The translations under genes were made by a program, and so were the position numbers. From assembly GCA_964035545.1 (NCBI GenBank), contig OZ037765.1, positions 9,062,698-9,126,697 of the forward strand: 64,000 nt of DNA. Reading direction: 5' to 3'. The DNA comes from Bugula neritina. Taxonomy: Eukaryota; Animalia; Bryozoa. Every line of letters begins with the position of its first letter. Within the stretch, counting starts at the first letter, position 1. Below are positions 39,290-53,192 of the stretch, in pieces. The notes below the pieces were generated by a model. That model was not told the DNA's origin. It made no database searches and saw nothing but the letters and a program-made list of their open reading frames with translations.

Positions 39290-40140
39290 AAATTGCTAAT
39301 AGTAATATTAATACTAATACCAATAGTACTAGTAATAATATGATTGACAAGAAATATCATCATCTTTATAATTATATTAATACATGTAGCTATCACTCGA
39401 TGAGCCAAGGCTATAATTATTACTTAATTTTATAATCAATATTAATACGGTTATTTAAAGTTATTAATCATTTTATACTTATTATTATTGCAAGCAGCAA
39501 TATGAATATCATAGTAATATTTACAATTACAGTATAACTATAAGTATTAGCATGACTACCACTATGGGTGTGAGTATAACTCATACTCATAGTGATATTT
39601 AATCACTTAATCATAACGATAATGTTATACTCATACTAATACTTGAGTGTCATCGTATCAGTATTACTATCAGTATCATACTCTAACTCTGTCTCTCTCA
39701 CTATGAGTAGAATTATAGCCTATAGTATAAGTATAGGTATCATCATCAGTATGAGTAGGAGTATCACTATTACTATTACTATTACTATTAGTATTACTAT
39801 TAGTATTACTATTAGCAATAATAATACTGAGTATTATTATTGCTATTACTATCAGTATGTTGTCTAACTATAAAAAATAATTATCAACTTAAACTATATA
39901 TTCATAATCATATTGATATTCCAATCTAATGTTATAACATAAACAAAGAATGAAAGATCAATATGAATATCAATATCAATATGAATCAGAATATCAATAT
40001 GATCAAGAGACTAGATACTCAGATAGTAGATGAACAAATATACATTTACAGATTAAAATTTGCTAACTAGAACAACAAAAATAAATAATTACAATAAATA
40101 ATATGCGTACGCAATAACAACTACTGCTGCTATACTCTTA
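39290..40140. repeat. Periodic low-complexity island in the inferred 5'UTR intron of ACER
   Basis: CATACTCATAGTGAT, (ACTATT)n, AGTATT and ATCAAT/ATGAAT arrays upstream of the ATG-exon acceptor. Confidence 0.85.
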
Positions 40141-42041
40141 CTGATACTGGTATTGTGATTTCACCAGATGTGTGAAAAATGAACGTGCTTTTGGGAGAGC
40201 ACACCTCTTTGTTTACGTTTGCGGACAGTACTGTGGAAATACCACGGGATACACGTGATCAAAAATTTCGTCATCCTGAAGTCACCAATAATTTAAATTA
40301 GAGTTGCCCTCTCTTGTGCTAAAAATTCTGTCCTAAAGATAGAGTTCACATCGAATTTTAATTACGATGCATCCAAGCCTGAATGAGTATAAATATTAGT
40401 TATAATTGTTGCCAATTTGAACATCATAAGCATAAGAAAAGCAGCAAATAAACAACAGCTTTTGCAAAATATAGACAAAAGTAGACTTGTGATCAATCTT
40501 GCACACAGAGCAGTTATAGTGTTTTATAGCATGCAAAAGTTTCTGCTATTGGAAAAACTTACAAATTACTTTCGTCAAATGTTTTCACTGGATTATGTTG
40601 TTCTGAGTAAACAGATGAATAATTACTTACATATAGTGAACACTGCTTAATCAGTGCATGGATCTTTGTTGTCTTGGTTTGGCATAATTATCAGTGCACT
40701 TTATACATATGTTTTTTAATATTTATTGTATGTTTTATATAGTGATAGTGAAAACTATAAGAATTGGTTTGTTTTGTATGTTTTGTGATAAGAGATCATA
40801 ATAATTATACAAAAATATATACATTTATTTTGACATCTTGAGGCTGGTATCTAAACAAAATGAGGCATACATAGCATTATAGGTGCAGTAACTGGTTTGA
40901 GCCATACTGGTTATTTTAAAGTAATTAATTCGTTCAATATACTGCAAAACGTAAATAACGACTTTCATCAATTTAAAAAAATTGATTGTGACAGTGTGCT
41001 AAACCTTGGTAATAACTTAGCCACATGTTTTCTATTTGTAACAAATATGTTTATGGTATATGAACTAATATAAGCTTTTGACATGAGAGTATAGAAAAAC
41101 CAAATTCATCAAAATATCAATTAAGATCCACTATTAATTTTCTCGTGAAAGCTGAACTTGAAAATTTACTAGATTGCCTGCTTGCCATTATCAAATAAAG
41201 TTAAATAACAAAATTCTGAATGTAGCTGCAACAAGAATTTTCCTCTTATATTTTGTGGCTATGTTTAAGATAATTGAAAGTATAAAGCTGCATGATAAGT
41301 AAAATAGGTTGCAGTTCAGATAAATTTGGTCATACGGCATTTTTATCCAATATAAAGCAAATTTTGGCTTACATGAAGTGGAGGCAAGAGTATTGTTAAT
41401 GCAATTTAAAATTTCTACGTATAGAACATTGATAGATTTTTTGCATGCCTTAATTGTTGCCGTTAAATACCAAGGCTTATTTTAAGTTTGTATAGCCGTC
41501 AAATTTAATATTCAGTAACTTCAAAATACTCAGCCCTGTAGTATTTTTGATAGTGATCCCACTGTTTTCTTACATCTATTATTATAATTACTACACAGCT
41601 AAATAAATATGTGATTTAAAAAATTAATTTCATGCTGTTTGATTTACCATGTGTAGGCTTATGTATAAAAGTAGTCATCAATTTGAGTTGCCACATTTAT
41701 ACCTGTATATTTGACTTGAATTGATAGATTATTAAACACAATTTTAATGAGTACAAAGCAAGTTGTTATGTACAGCTTCATTATAGCAATCTATAATTGA
41801 GATGATATATAGTTTCTATATTTAATATAAATAAACATTTACATAAGTTACATAAACATGCATAGACTTTGGATATCACTTTGATTTCTAGCCTTTCTAT
41901 AAACAACAATATGGGCACAATGACAAATATTGAACATTTACTAAAATCATAAATATAAGCTTTGTAGAGGACAAAGACATCAAAACTAAACTCTAACTGA
42001 ATCACAAGATACAACTTTTTAAAAAAAATCAAACAAAAGTG

Positions 42042-45000
42042 TCAAAGATACTCGATTCCTCGTAAAAAAGATGAAAGATTTGGTAGAGATCCTGGTTGGA
42101 AAGATGACTTTTCTTCCGATGAAGACGGTTTTGACTTGGTACTTCCAGCTGGAATATTTAAAATATTAGAAATATCTCCCATGTCTAGGTCATCAATGTC
42201 CATCATCTCCTTCAAAGACACTTCAGCCTTTAAATTCTCTAACTTATTTGCATCTGGTGGGGAGACGATCGGCTTGGTAGTGACATTGCTTTGTCCCAAA
42301 TTATCTAAATGCTGGGAAACGGAGTCGTGACTTGGATCATCACTGGGATAAATGCAATCCCAAAGGTTTTTGAAGCGAAATAAATTGTCATCTTTTCTTG
42401 TTTCAAATGCACTGTCCATAGAAGTTGCAACTGATGAGCCTGGCGTTTCTTGGGTGAGAGGATCAAGTATTTGACGGCTCATTGCAAGTGTTGATGGTTG
42501 AAAAGGAGGAAGATGTTTTGAATAGTACCGGCTTGCAGCATTTTTTGGATCAGGCAAGTCATTGTACCACGTGCTATCCAGGTGGGTAGTGGTAGCTGTG
42601 GGTATAGAAAGATCTAGAATGTTGGTTGCTGCAGGCTCTGGTAGCTGATGCATAGTTCTTGCTAGCTGATCCAGTGGTTTCTGGTAGATACTTGTAGCAG
42701 TGCTATCTGAATTCATTGAGTAGTCCACAGAAAATGCTGCTGAATTCATGGCTAACTGGTAATATGGAGGGGGATCAAATGACATTTTATAGGGAATGTC
42801 TCCTAGTGCTGGGTACGAAGGCTGCATCTACAGTTATTATAATAATATTTAGATATATATATATATAGTACAAAAGCAATAAAAAAATGGCAATAATGAA
42901 TGGTATAATAAAACTTTTTTAAACACTTTACTCAAAGTTTCATTTAGGATGTGAAATATTATTATTATGTTTGGTATATATCTTAACTACACAAATAGCT
43001 TTTTAATTGCATTTCAAACATAATTACAACACAATAGTACAATGTAAATCCTCCTGTAAAACAGGCTACAAACACATATTACTAAAAATGAGTGTATAGC
43101 CTAATCAAAATTAAATAGGATTTAATATAATTATATTGTCTTGCAATAATAAGGTATAACAGGCATTACTAATGACTCATAATACGAGTATTTAACTATT
43201 TGTAGATTTTGATTATACAAATTTTAGTATTAAATTATAAGCAGCATACCTGTTTAGATGCAGAGAATATCTCCTGATTAATAGAGGGAATGTAAACATC
43301 ACAGTCTGGAACTACCAGCCTCTGCGCCATAGTTGAGTCTGGAACAGATTGCATGGAGTATGGCTGATAAGAAGAGAGACCCAGCTGGTGTTGGTAAATG
43401 TTGTTTGGACTTTGCTGGTACGGCTGAGGCATCCCAGTTTTGGCGCTACTTGGACCTGTATATCAGAATAATTAGCTTGTAATGATGTACATATAATTTC
43501 TCAGCTGCACAATTTAGGAATTGTGAAATTCTTTTCTTTGAATATCAGAAATTGTTCTAGGAAGAGAATATATTTGGTGTTTCATCAGCAAAATATCACG
43601 TTACACTTGAAATCATTCAATATTTATAAGACTGGAGATGAAAAATTTAGTTGATTTACAGGTTTACAATGCCTGCTAAAAATAAATAAAGCCTAAAATA
43701 AAAACTTGAAACAAATTCTCATTACTTCAAGTTCAATAGTCACATAGGTAATAATTATATATAAAAATAACTCTTATGTAATACATGAGGATATTTAGCA
43801 TACAAATGCATTATATAACTATTATTTATACAGCGTATTGAGTTATATTGTAAAGTCATATCATATGCAAAATACCCTATAATTTGTAAGCAGTACAGAT
43901 TGTTATGCTAAATATTATATTAGAACATCAGAGCAATTTTTTAAACGTACTGATCCACTGACTTTTGAGTATAGTTTTTATTAGCACTAAATTTATGTGA
44001 ATAAAGAATATTCCTAAAGAATGTAACTAGATTGATATCAATAGCCTACATAGTGGTGTAAATTATCACCTGCATTTTTATATGGGTTGGCTGCCATTCT
44101 CATGTGCCCTGAGTTAGCAAGTCTTAGTCTTGTGTGGTTGCTGATCGTACCAGTAACTTTCTTACTCGGTGCCTATAGAATACAGAATAACAATGCTGAA
44201 AAAATTCTCCTGCAAAACAGGCTACAAGCACTTATTACTAAAAGTAGTGCCTATTCAAAATCAAATAGGATTTGATATAATTATATCATCTTGCAATAAT
44301 AGGGTAGAGCAGGCACTACGAATGGCTCAAAATATTATGTAACTATTTTTAGATTTTGCTTTTACAAAGTTTAGTGAATGGGAACAGGATTTCATTTCAT
44401 AAAAATACTTCTACAGCAACTTTAAATAATTTGGTAAAACTGTGGCTCAACATTAAAGCAATTTACCGAAAGCATAACTGCATCGATCTACTGAAAAACA
44501 AGCATCGCTCGGTTAGTAGTTTCAACTGTGTTCTACGCTAGAGATCGTAATATAGGTTATATAGGCTTAGTGAAATAGCTAACTACGCGCACACAAGCAG
44601 ATGACATGATAATATGATGGTACCAGCAGCATTAGTAATGGCATTTCGTAGGTTCGTATAGATACATCTGATGCATACTATAAGCATCAATAACACAGTA
44701 TAACTGCATTGGTTAGTGCCTTTTACTTGCTTTCCTTTGGCAGTTACCAATGTCACTGCACACACCATCTTTATATGATGAAACAAAGAATCTAAGTAAG
44801 GATTCGTCATCGCAAAACTCAGCTTCAATTACAAATTTTCTTTCGTACGTAAATGTATGTATTTTTTGCCTTGTTTTAATAAACAACTATTATAATACTT
44901 TTTTGTTGAAAACCTTGAAAAGCAATTTGTATAGTAATAGCCAGTTGTATAGTTTTTTTAATAATAGCTATAACCAAATAATCAACATTTCAGTAGTTTT

Positions 45001-48000
45001 TAAATAAATAGCTACTAATACTTGAATAAATGTTATATTTGGTTATAACATAATCACACGCTTTAATGAAAAATTTACCCTGATGTATGTCTTTCTCTTT
45101 TCTGAGCTCAGCTTGAGTTCAGGCTTAGGATGGTCATGGAAACCTTTACCCAAGAAAAACACCTTGTCTAAATGATGCCGCCAGAAGTGAGTGACAGGGT
45201 AGCCACTGTGTCCCTTGCATTGTTTCATTATCAGTATCCCACCGCAGCTGTTTGGACATTTTCTACCTACAAATATAGTGTGCGGTTTCGTTTGAAGTAT
45301 AACTATTTTTTATATTAATTGCTGTTTAGCAATCATTTTTAGTGTGTTTATAGTCATAGTATTGCATGGTAACATCCCATATTATGTATAAGTATATAAA
45401 AGTTTACTAATCTTTATAATATTATAATATAATATAATTTCTTAGACATTCATTAAAAACAATGTGCCGTTTGCTGAATTATCAGGTGACCATAAGTATA
45501 TTTTGCTGAATCATAATTCTTTAAATTAATTATACCAGTGATATTGCAGTATAGTGTTTCAGTAAACATCAAATGTAAAAGCATATGGTTAAAAATCAGA
45601 AATTTATACAGAAAGTGCTAGCTTTTGATGCTATGTTCAATGGTTTTGTAAATTTACAAAAATAAATTAAAAATCCAAAACATTTTCTAATATTCTTTTA
45701 TATTATTGTATAAATCTATAAAATATAACTTTTCCAGAATTTATATTCTAAACATAGTATTAATTAAATTATAATTTTTTAATACAACAATAATATCAAT
45801 GTGGGATAGCTTAACTTATTTATGAGGAAATAAAATATAGAATTCTCAAAAAATTGCATATCCAAACACTTGAAAGCTTTCATAAAAACATTTTATACGA
45901 ATATTTATATACATTTTGCTGTAATTTTACATAATTGATTTATTTGCTGCAATGTGGTTGGGTACAATTACTGACAACTGCAATGTAATATTATAAGTTA
46001 AAATAAAACCCCATCAACAAGTACTATCATGTAAATACTATACATCTATTGCCCTCTTAGCTAGAAGTTATATATCAAACAAAAGTCAATTAAGTTGATA
46101 TAGTTACTCAGTTGCTCAACACAATATTGCATAAAACTATGCCCAAACTCACATTTTTTTCTATTTCTACTCCAAGAACAAATCTAAAGCATATGGAAAA
46201 TATGCTGATGTTATAATGGTTAGTTTTTAGTCTGGTAATTTGTTGAGACTAATTTATATGCATGAAAACTAAGTAATGACCTTATTCTTACAGAGAGGAT
46301 GCTTTTTTTCACATATAATTTGTATAAAACTTAATATTACTGCAGCATTATTTTCTATGAAAAACAATAATTTTAACACTGGTGTTATAGTTATTACACT
46401 TAATCATTGACTTATGTATATCTGTTTCATCTAGTTTCAATTAAGTTTTATATGAGCCAATATCAATAATATAATATACTAAGTAATATTATAATTGTAT
46501 AGTTGAGTTTTTACCAATTTGTTTCTTTCGGGCCTTGTCACAGATTGCAGGTCTCACTGCCACAACATTTCCATCAGGTTTCCTACAACTTCTGCTACAG
46601 ACAAGAACTCCGAGACAAGACTTCTTTAGAATGTTGATGTTGTGGTTGTTGGTGTTCCTCATCGCCCAACCTGAAATATGACGTCTGGCTTGGGTATGGG
46701 ATGAAGAATAAACATGGCCGCAATTTCCAGATGGCCACATGTTGAAAGGTTCCACTGTTAATGACTGGTTCTACAAAAATAAGTAATTGAAATATTCATG
46801 TGTGTCTCTGTTAATAAATACTTGATCTGGTCTGATGAATATTGAATTAAAAAAGTTACTTTACAAAGATATATATCCCTCTCTTGAATTTGTATCAAAA
46901 AATTTTCATTATTAGATAAAAATTAACAAAGGTGCTATTTTCATTATAGGCAAAGTATGACAAAATTTACAATATAGATAAACGCGATATAAACTTCATA
47001 TTTTTCTTTAAAATAAAATAGAGTTTGACATATGCAAATACTCAGTTTTATATCTACAATATGAATATAATACATCTGGCATAAATAATACGTGGTATTG
47101 AATAAAGTTGAAGGCTATTTGAAAAAATATAGGTTTGTTGAGCAACAGCCCTTTATTAGTTTTATATTGTATTTTTACAACTTCATTATAAATTATTATA
47201 TTAATATGAATTGTTATATAAAATGTTGCATGCAGTAAATATTATCAGAATAATTATGCATACAATATGGTCTCAATTATTTTTCTATAATTTGATTTTT
47301 ACAAAAAAGAAAAAATATTCTTTTATTTGAGTGCAAATTTAAATAAATTTCAGCCAATAATTTATAACCCCTATAAAAGATTTGAATAAGAACTTTTTTA
47401 TTATTTAATACTACGTGTGCATATATTATTTTGAACGTAATATATTACTATAATTGCTTCGAATTTGTTTGGGAAACTATAGAGTATATGAAAAAGTTGA
47501 AAAACCCAACACATTATATTTTATCATAAAATAATATCATACAATATAAGAGCCTTAAGTTGTTAAATAGAAATAAATTGTAGGAGACTAGTATATTATT
47601 ATAGTTTCGTGCTTCACAACAAGCCGATCTGTTCACTCTATAATAATATTACACACTAGCTAAATAAACACACAAGTATAAATCAATGTATTTTGAATTC
47701 TAAAACAATACCTTGAAAATATGTCATTTTAATTTCAAAAAGTTTCATTTTGTTTCTTGCAGTCACGGCTGTTTCTGTTGTACTGATTATATATGTGTGC
47801 AAAAGATTCTATATAGCCAAAATTATAAGTGGGTACAGGCAAAATTTTGAATCTCATTTTTAATATATGGCGTAGAAAAGGCTGGTATGGCAACACAATG
47901 TCTTTATGGTATCATGCGCCATTCTACCTGCATATTCATAAACAAATACAATATACAGTATTGTGTAATTTGTAGCAGTTCAAAATAAAGTAAAATTTTT

Positions 48001-48067
48001 TACTTACGGATAATTCGTCGAGCTCTTTCAAGTCCCATATTAACATTCTTTTATTTTTGAAATTCAT
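42042..48067 (-). CDS. gcm: Glial cells missing (GCM) transcription factor, about 532 aa, 6 exons
   Basis: Exons 48067-48008, 46770-46515, 45266-45079, 44172-44070, 43455-43250 and 42827-42042 are in phase. The GCM DNA-binding domain reads [28 protein letters not shown]...[17 protein letters not shown]...[14 protein letters not shown]...[10 protein letters not shown], followed by a P/S/Q-rich then acidic C-terminus. Exons 1 and 4 are less certain. Confidence 0.93.
43050..43230 (+). repeat. About 180-bp direct repeat, copy A (gcm intron 5); copy B at about 44207-44376 (gcm intron 3)
   Basis: CTCCTG.AAAACAGGCTACAA.CAC.TATTACTAAAA...AAATAGGATTT.ATATAATTATAT..TCTTGCAATAATA.GGTA...AACTATTT.TAGATTTTG is shared by both copies. 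Confidence 0.8.
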
Positions 48068-50828
48068 TATTTTTGCTGAAAAATTGTCACTAGCTGAAGA
48101 TCTTTGTGCGATGTCACTTGAGCAACTGATGCGTGTACTGCTCTACCATCATATCTTGTAGTGACAAATCAAAGAGAGCGAGCAGATGAAACTGAACTCA
48201 TCCCATTTCATACATGAGACACATATAATATAACCAAACACTCTACGTAAACTGAAAGCAATTGTTTTTAAACATATATTATGCATTAATGAATTGGTAA
48301 AAGATTTTGACTTGGGGATAATAACGATGCGAGAACTCATCATATCTTTGGTAACATCAGCATACATATGGTTGATTTGTGAAGTGTCAACGCTCAGATA
48401 CATCTGTGTGTCAACCTGCACGATGATAAAGAAGTGTTTCCAGGCTGATCAGATTTCATATAACTGTAGTCTGACAATGGTAAAATCTAACAATATTGTC
48501 AATAGACGGTGTCATAATTAAAGCATTAAATTATTAATTATTATTAATATAATTGCTGTTTTATTCTTGAACAATAGAATTTGCCAAAACCAGTGCTAGA
48601 ATATGGGCTAGTGTTGCACAAAAGTTAACGATGAGTCCACGTGGATTTATGTAAATTCAGTACAGGCAGATCTGGCACTTAGCACACTTCTTGTGGTTTC
48701 GTCTTTGTTTAAAAAGATTGATATAAAACACAATCATCAAAGCACTAAGGGGCAGATGGATTAGGGTTACATGATATCATGAGTAGAGAGATTGAAATTT
48801 GTTTTGTGATTTATTTGGTTTATTGTTTTTGTATAAAAAACATAGTTAAAATCTTGCCAAGTATAAATGGCAATAGTTTCTATCACAAAATATGGTACAA
48901 ATTGCGGAGCTAAGATGCCAAAATTTTGCACATATTTTCAAAAGTAGTTATATGACTGATTAAAGCTGCTACGGAACTATATTTTTTGCTGCATATTAGC
49001 TTTAGCTTTTTATGATTCTTCTTTCGTTGGCTTACAAGTCTTTGTGCTAAAACTGCAAAAATAAATTTCGGAAACGTCTATGTCTCTTAAACTTTGAAAC
49101 TGCTAAGAATAATAGGATTAATGAGAGTAATCAGCTTGTTTTTTAGTAAAAGGTGTGTCAAAATAACTTGAAAATTGACAATAATTATATATGAAATGCT
49201 TATTATGCATTAGTTTTTCTCATTGCAATAATTTTGTTTTTGCGTGCCCAGAATTTTATTAATCTATGAAAATTAGACTATAAACACATATTTGACTTGT
49301 AACTTCTTGTAAAAGATTATGTAATAAAAATATTTTAGTTTCAATTGGGATATTAGACAAACAAACAAAAGCTCTGCACAGTTTGTGAAAATGAATCATT
49401 AATTATTCATAGTGTATTTCAATTATTAAATATGCAATAATTTTTGATTATAGCTTTGCAATGGAATATACATGTCAGATAGTAAACTGTTCACATAACT
49501 CAACTTGCTATTTTAGCATTCAAGTTGGTGGTTTCTAAAGAGATTCAAGTTGCATTTGTATTTATATATGAACTGATGCAATGCATAGCATCAAACCAAT
49601 TGAAATTAATTTAGGACTACCACCAAGCATGGCTTTAGAGCAATTAAACTGATCATTCTGAAATGACTGCCATATACCATTATACTGCTTGTAGAATTCT
49701 AAATAATAGTGACCAAGTAGATTTTAATTATCTGAAATATAATGCAAGTTATGTAGCACAAGTCAAAATGATGATTGGAGAAAAAACTGAAAAGCAAAAC
49801 ATTTAAAAATAGTCCCTTGTATTATTATTTTGATCAACTTTTTTTGTATGAAGCATTGAATTGATAATGCTACGTTATAGTTACATCTGGTAAATAAATT
49901 ATGACACTTATATTTATGGAATACAGATAATCGCTTTTACATTTAGTAGGAAATATAAATCTCCTCAAAGCACTTTGTATAAGTTTTAGCTAGGTTAGCT
50001 TAATAATATGCAAACAATGAACTAAAAACACAGTAGAACAAAAATATACTAGCATCATGGTTCTATGATTATATATTAGGGTTCGAGTGTATATAAAAAA
50101 ATAATGCAAAATAACAATTTAGCTCAATTTCAACCAATATTTTCTAAAAGCATACATCAGCAAATCTAATAATAATTTATTACTGTAATTTGGTAACCAC
50201 AAGCGTGTGAATGCATGAATTATAAATATGTAAATGTTGTTTAATTATTTAAACTGCATCCTAATAATAAAATGACATGTTTTGTATAACACATATGAAT
50301 ATTATATTACATATGTAGTCTGTACAGCGTATGTAGGTGAGCTATAATAACATTAGTGCACAATGACAGTAATAACTGTGGTAATGCAATAGTTATGTTA
50401 GACGCACATGAAAACTGCTGGTATATATTTTTCCTTGTACAAAGAGAAATGGCGAGGAGAAACTCTTTCCATAATTATTACTCAGCCATACTGTGTATGT
50501 GGAACTTGCTAAATCGCATCAGCCGGATGTAGAAAATTTGACCTAAACAATTGTTACAATAAACATGAGATAGTGTTATTACTTAATGCTGCTATATAAA
50601 TGGAAACTTGCACTGTCTCCAAGTTATGAGCTAGCCTCATTATTTATTCATAGTGACATATAATATATTGCTTAGACTTGGTTACATCCTAGCTTGTCGA
50701 TATGCAGGATGCAACATAACTTCCTATAATATTATATTATGTGTAATATATTTATATAATGTATTTGCATATTATATCTATAATATATAATACATTTGTA
50801 TATTACATCTATCATATTACATATTATG

Positions 50829-50941
<113 letters not shown>

Positions 50942-51939
50942 AAACTATATAGTGTATTATATTTTATGTATTATATAGTATGTATTATATATTATGTACA
51001 ATATTTTATGTATAATATTATATATCTATATAATTTATATTATGCATTAATGAAGAAATAATATTGGACTCTATGGAAGAATAGAGCTTGTAATGTTGAA
51101 AAGGATTGTCCTGCCTATAATGAAAAATGGAAATATATTCTACACTATGCATTTGCAAGTATTTCATATCACTTGACTAAAATCTTTCCTACTATTTATA
51201 AAGTCTTATCTTTAATGTGATTTTTCCTAACAGTTCAATTGTGTGAGCTTTCATTTTGTTGTTTAAATATTGCTGTCTAGATGGAAGGTAACTTGGTATG
51301 TTTCCATCCTATTTGCTTAACTGCTTAAATTAGCAACCTAGAACATAACAACGCTAATTACTCCACTCTATTCAAGATCTCAGTTCTCATAATATATAAT
51401 ATGTGTGAATGACCAGTGAATTATACCTGCAAGGTGTGTATGTTATCTTGAACTTATTTGCATAGTTAAGTAAGAAACATAATTTTTTTAGTATGTCCGC
51501 TGATGGATGAATAGAATTATTTTACTGGCACTGAATATTAGCATTTTTTGAGCATCATTTGCAATGGGTGTAACGCAATTAACTAACGATGCAGCCTTAA
51601 ACAGATTTGATATTTAGAAATTTGTGTCAATAATAACTTCTTTAAAAATGCTGCTATGTAGCATATTATTCTACATAAGTTAAGTGTATGTATACTTTGC
51701 CTTTTTATTTTCTCTACCCTATCCACTAAGGTTATGTAACTTCGCCTTATATTATAATATTATTATTATTATTTAATTTAAACGTTCGTCTTCTGATAGG
51801 GGACATAACTCGAATTAGCAATTAGTTTTGCTGATGAGCAAATGATCTCTCGAAATAAGCTTTGGTATAAGTATTTAAATGCTGAAAGACGTCAATGCAT
51901 CCAGGTTGTTGCAAATGAAATATAATTTGTTTGCTAATG

Positions 51940-52720
51940 CCCAATAGTAATAGTAATGTACTAATACAGTATTACTAATACTAATAGTAATAGTAATACT
52001 AATAGTAATAGTGAACACAAACAGTATTAGTATTAGACAGTACGTATTCGAGTATTACTATTAGTATTAGTATTACTATTACTATTACTAATATTAGTAA
52101 TAGTATAAGTAGTACTAATACTAATAGTAATAGTAAATGTAATACACTGTATTTAATACTAATGTCTAATACTAATACTAATAGTAATAGTAATACTAAT
52201 AGTAATAGTGATAGTTATAGTAATAGTAAATATAATACTAATAGTAATAGTTTATTAGTAATAGTAATACTAATAGTAATACTAATAGTAAATGTAATAC
52301 TATTAGTATTACTATTACTATTACAGTAAATGTAATACTATTAGTATTAGACTTAGACTTAGAGTTAGAGTTAGTATAAGTATTACCATTGGCATTGCAT
52401 TAGTAATGGTAATACTAATACTATAGTAATACTAATAGTAATACTAATAGTAATAGTAATGGCATTACTATTACTATTAGTATTACTATTAGTATTAGAC
52501 TTAGTAATACTAATAGTATTAGTATTACTATTAGCAGTATTAGTATTACTTTAAGTTTGATACTCACAGTTACTGTTAGTGTCACACTCACACTGAAGCC
52601 CATTATGATTATGATCATCACTGGTCTCGCTATCAGTGTCACTATGATGATCATGATGACTATCACTTACCATTATGAGTATGAATATGACTGAGCCTCT
52701 GCCTGCAGCTAAAAGTAAAA
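51940..52720. repeat. Periodic low-complexity island in the inferred 5'UTR intron of OGA
   Basis: Alternating-orientation blocks of AATAGT/AATACT and ACTATT/AGTATT, plus TTAGACTTAGACTTAGAGTTAGAG and ATGAGTATGA, upstream of the acceptor at about 53173. Confidence 0.9.
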
Positions 52721-53192
52721 CTATTTGTAAACTTTTAAATTTATAACCTATATTGATTATTTGTATGTTATAGTTATACCAGTTATAACTTGAGTTACAT
52801 GTTCAAAATTAAGTTCATGTTTTAGTTTATGTTATGGTGAGGTCTTCTTCAGACTTCACTTTAAAGTTAATAGTAGATTAAATTCAATTTTTAATTAGTA
52901 AAAATTAATCAAAATATACACTCTTATGTAGTTATGTTTTATTTGTTTATTTAATTTATATTTACTTGTGAAATTATAGAATATAATCATATTTAATTTT
53001 AGGTTATTGCTATTAGTATTACTCTTAATAGACTACAAGTTTCAATGTTTTTTCATTAAAGTATTTTTATTTATGTATTGCACCATAGTTGAAACAGAAA
53101 AGTTTTTTTTCTTGTAAATATTAGAGAAGTTGTGTATGTAATTTTGGTATTATTTTTAATTTCATTTCCTTAGAAAGTAATATTTCTTTGTC

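Noticed and set aside
52347-52374. Interstitial telomeric repeat
   Set aside because: Units are TTAGAC/TTAGAG rather than TTAGGG and fit the surrounding island periodicity.
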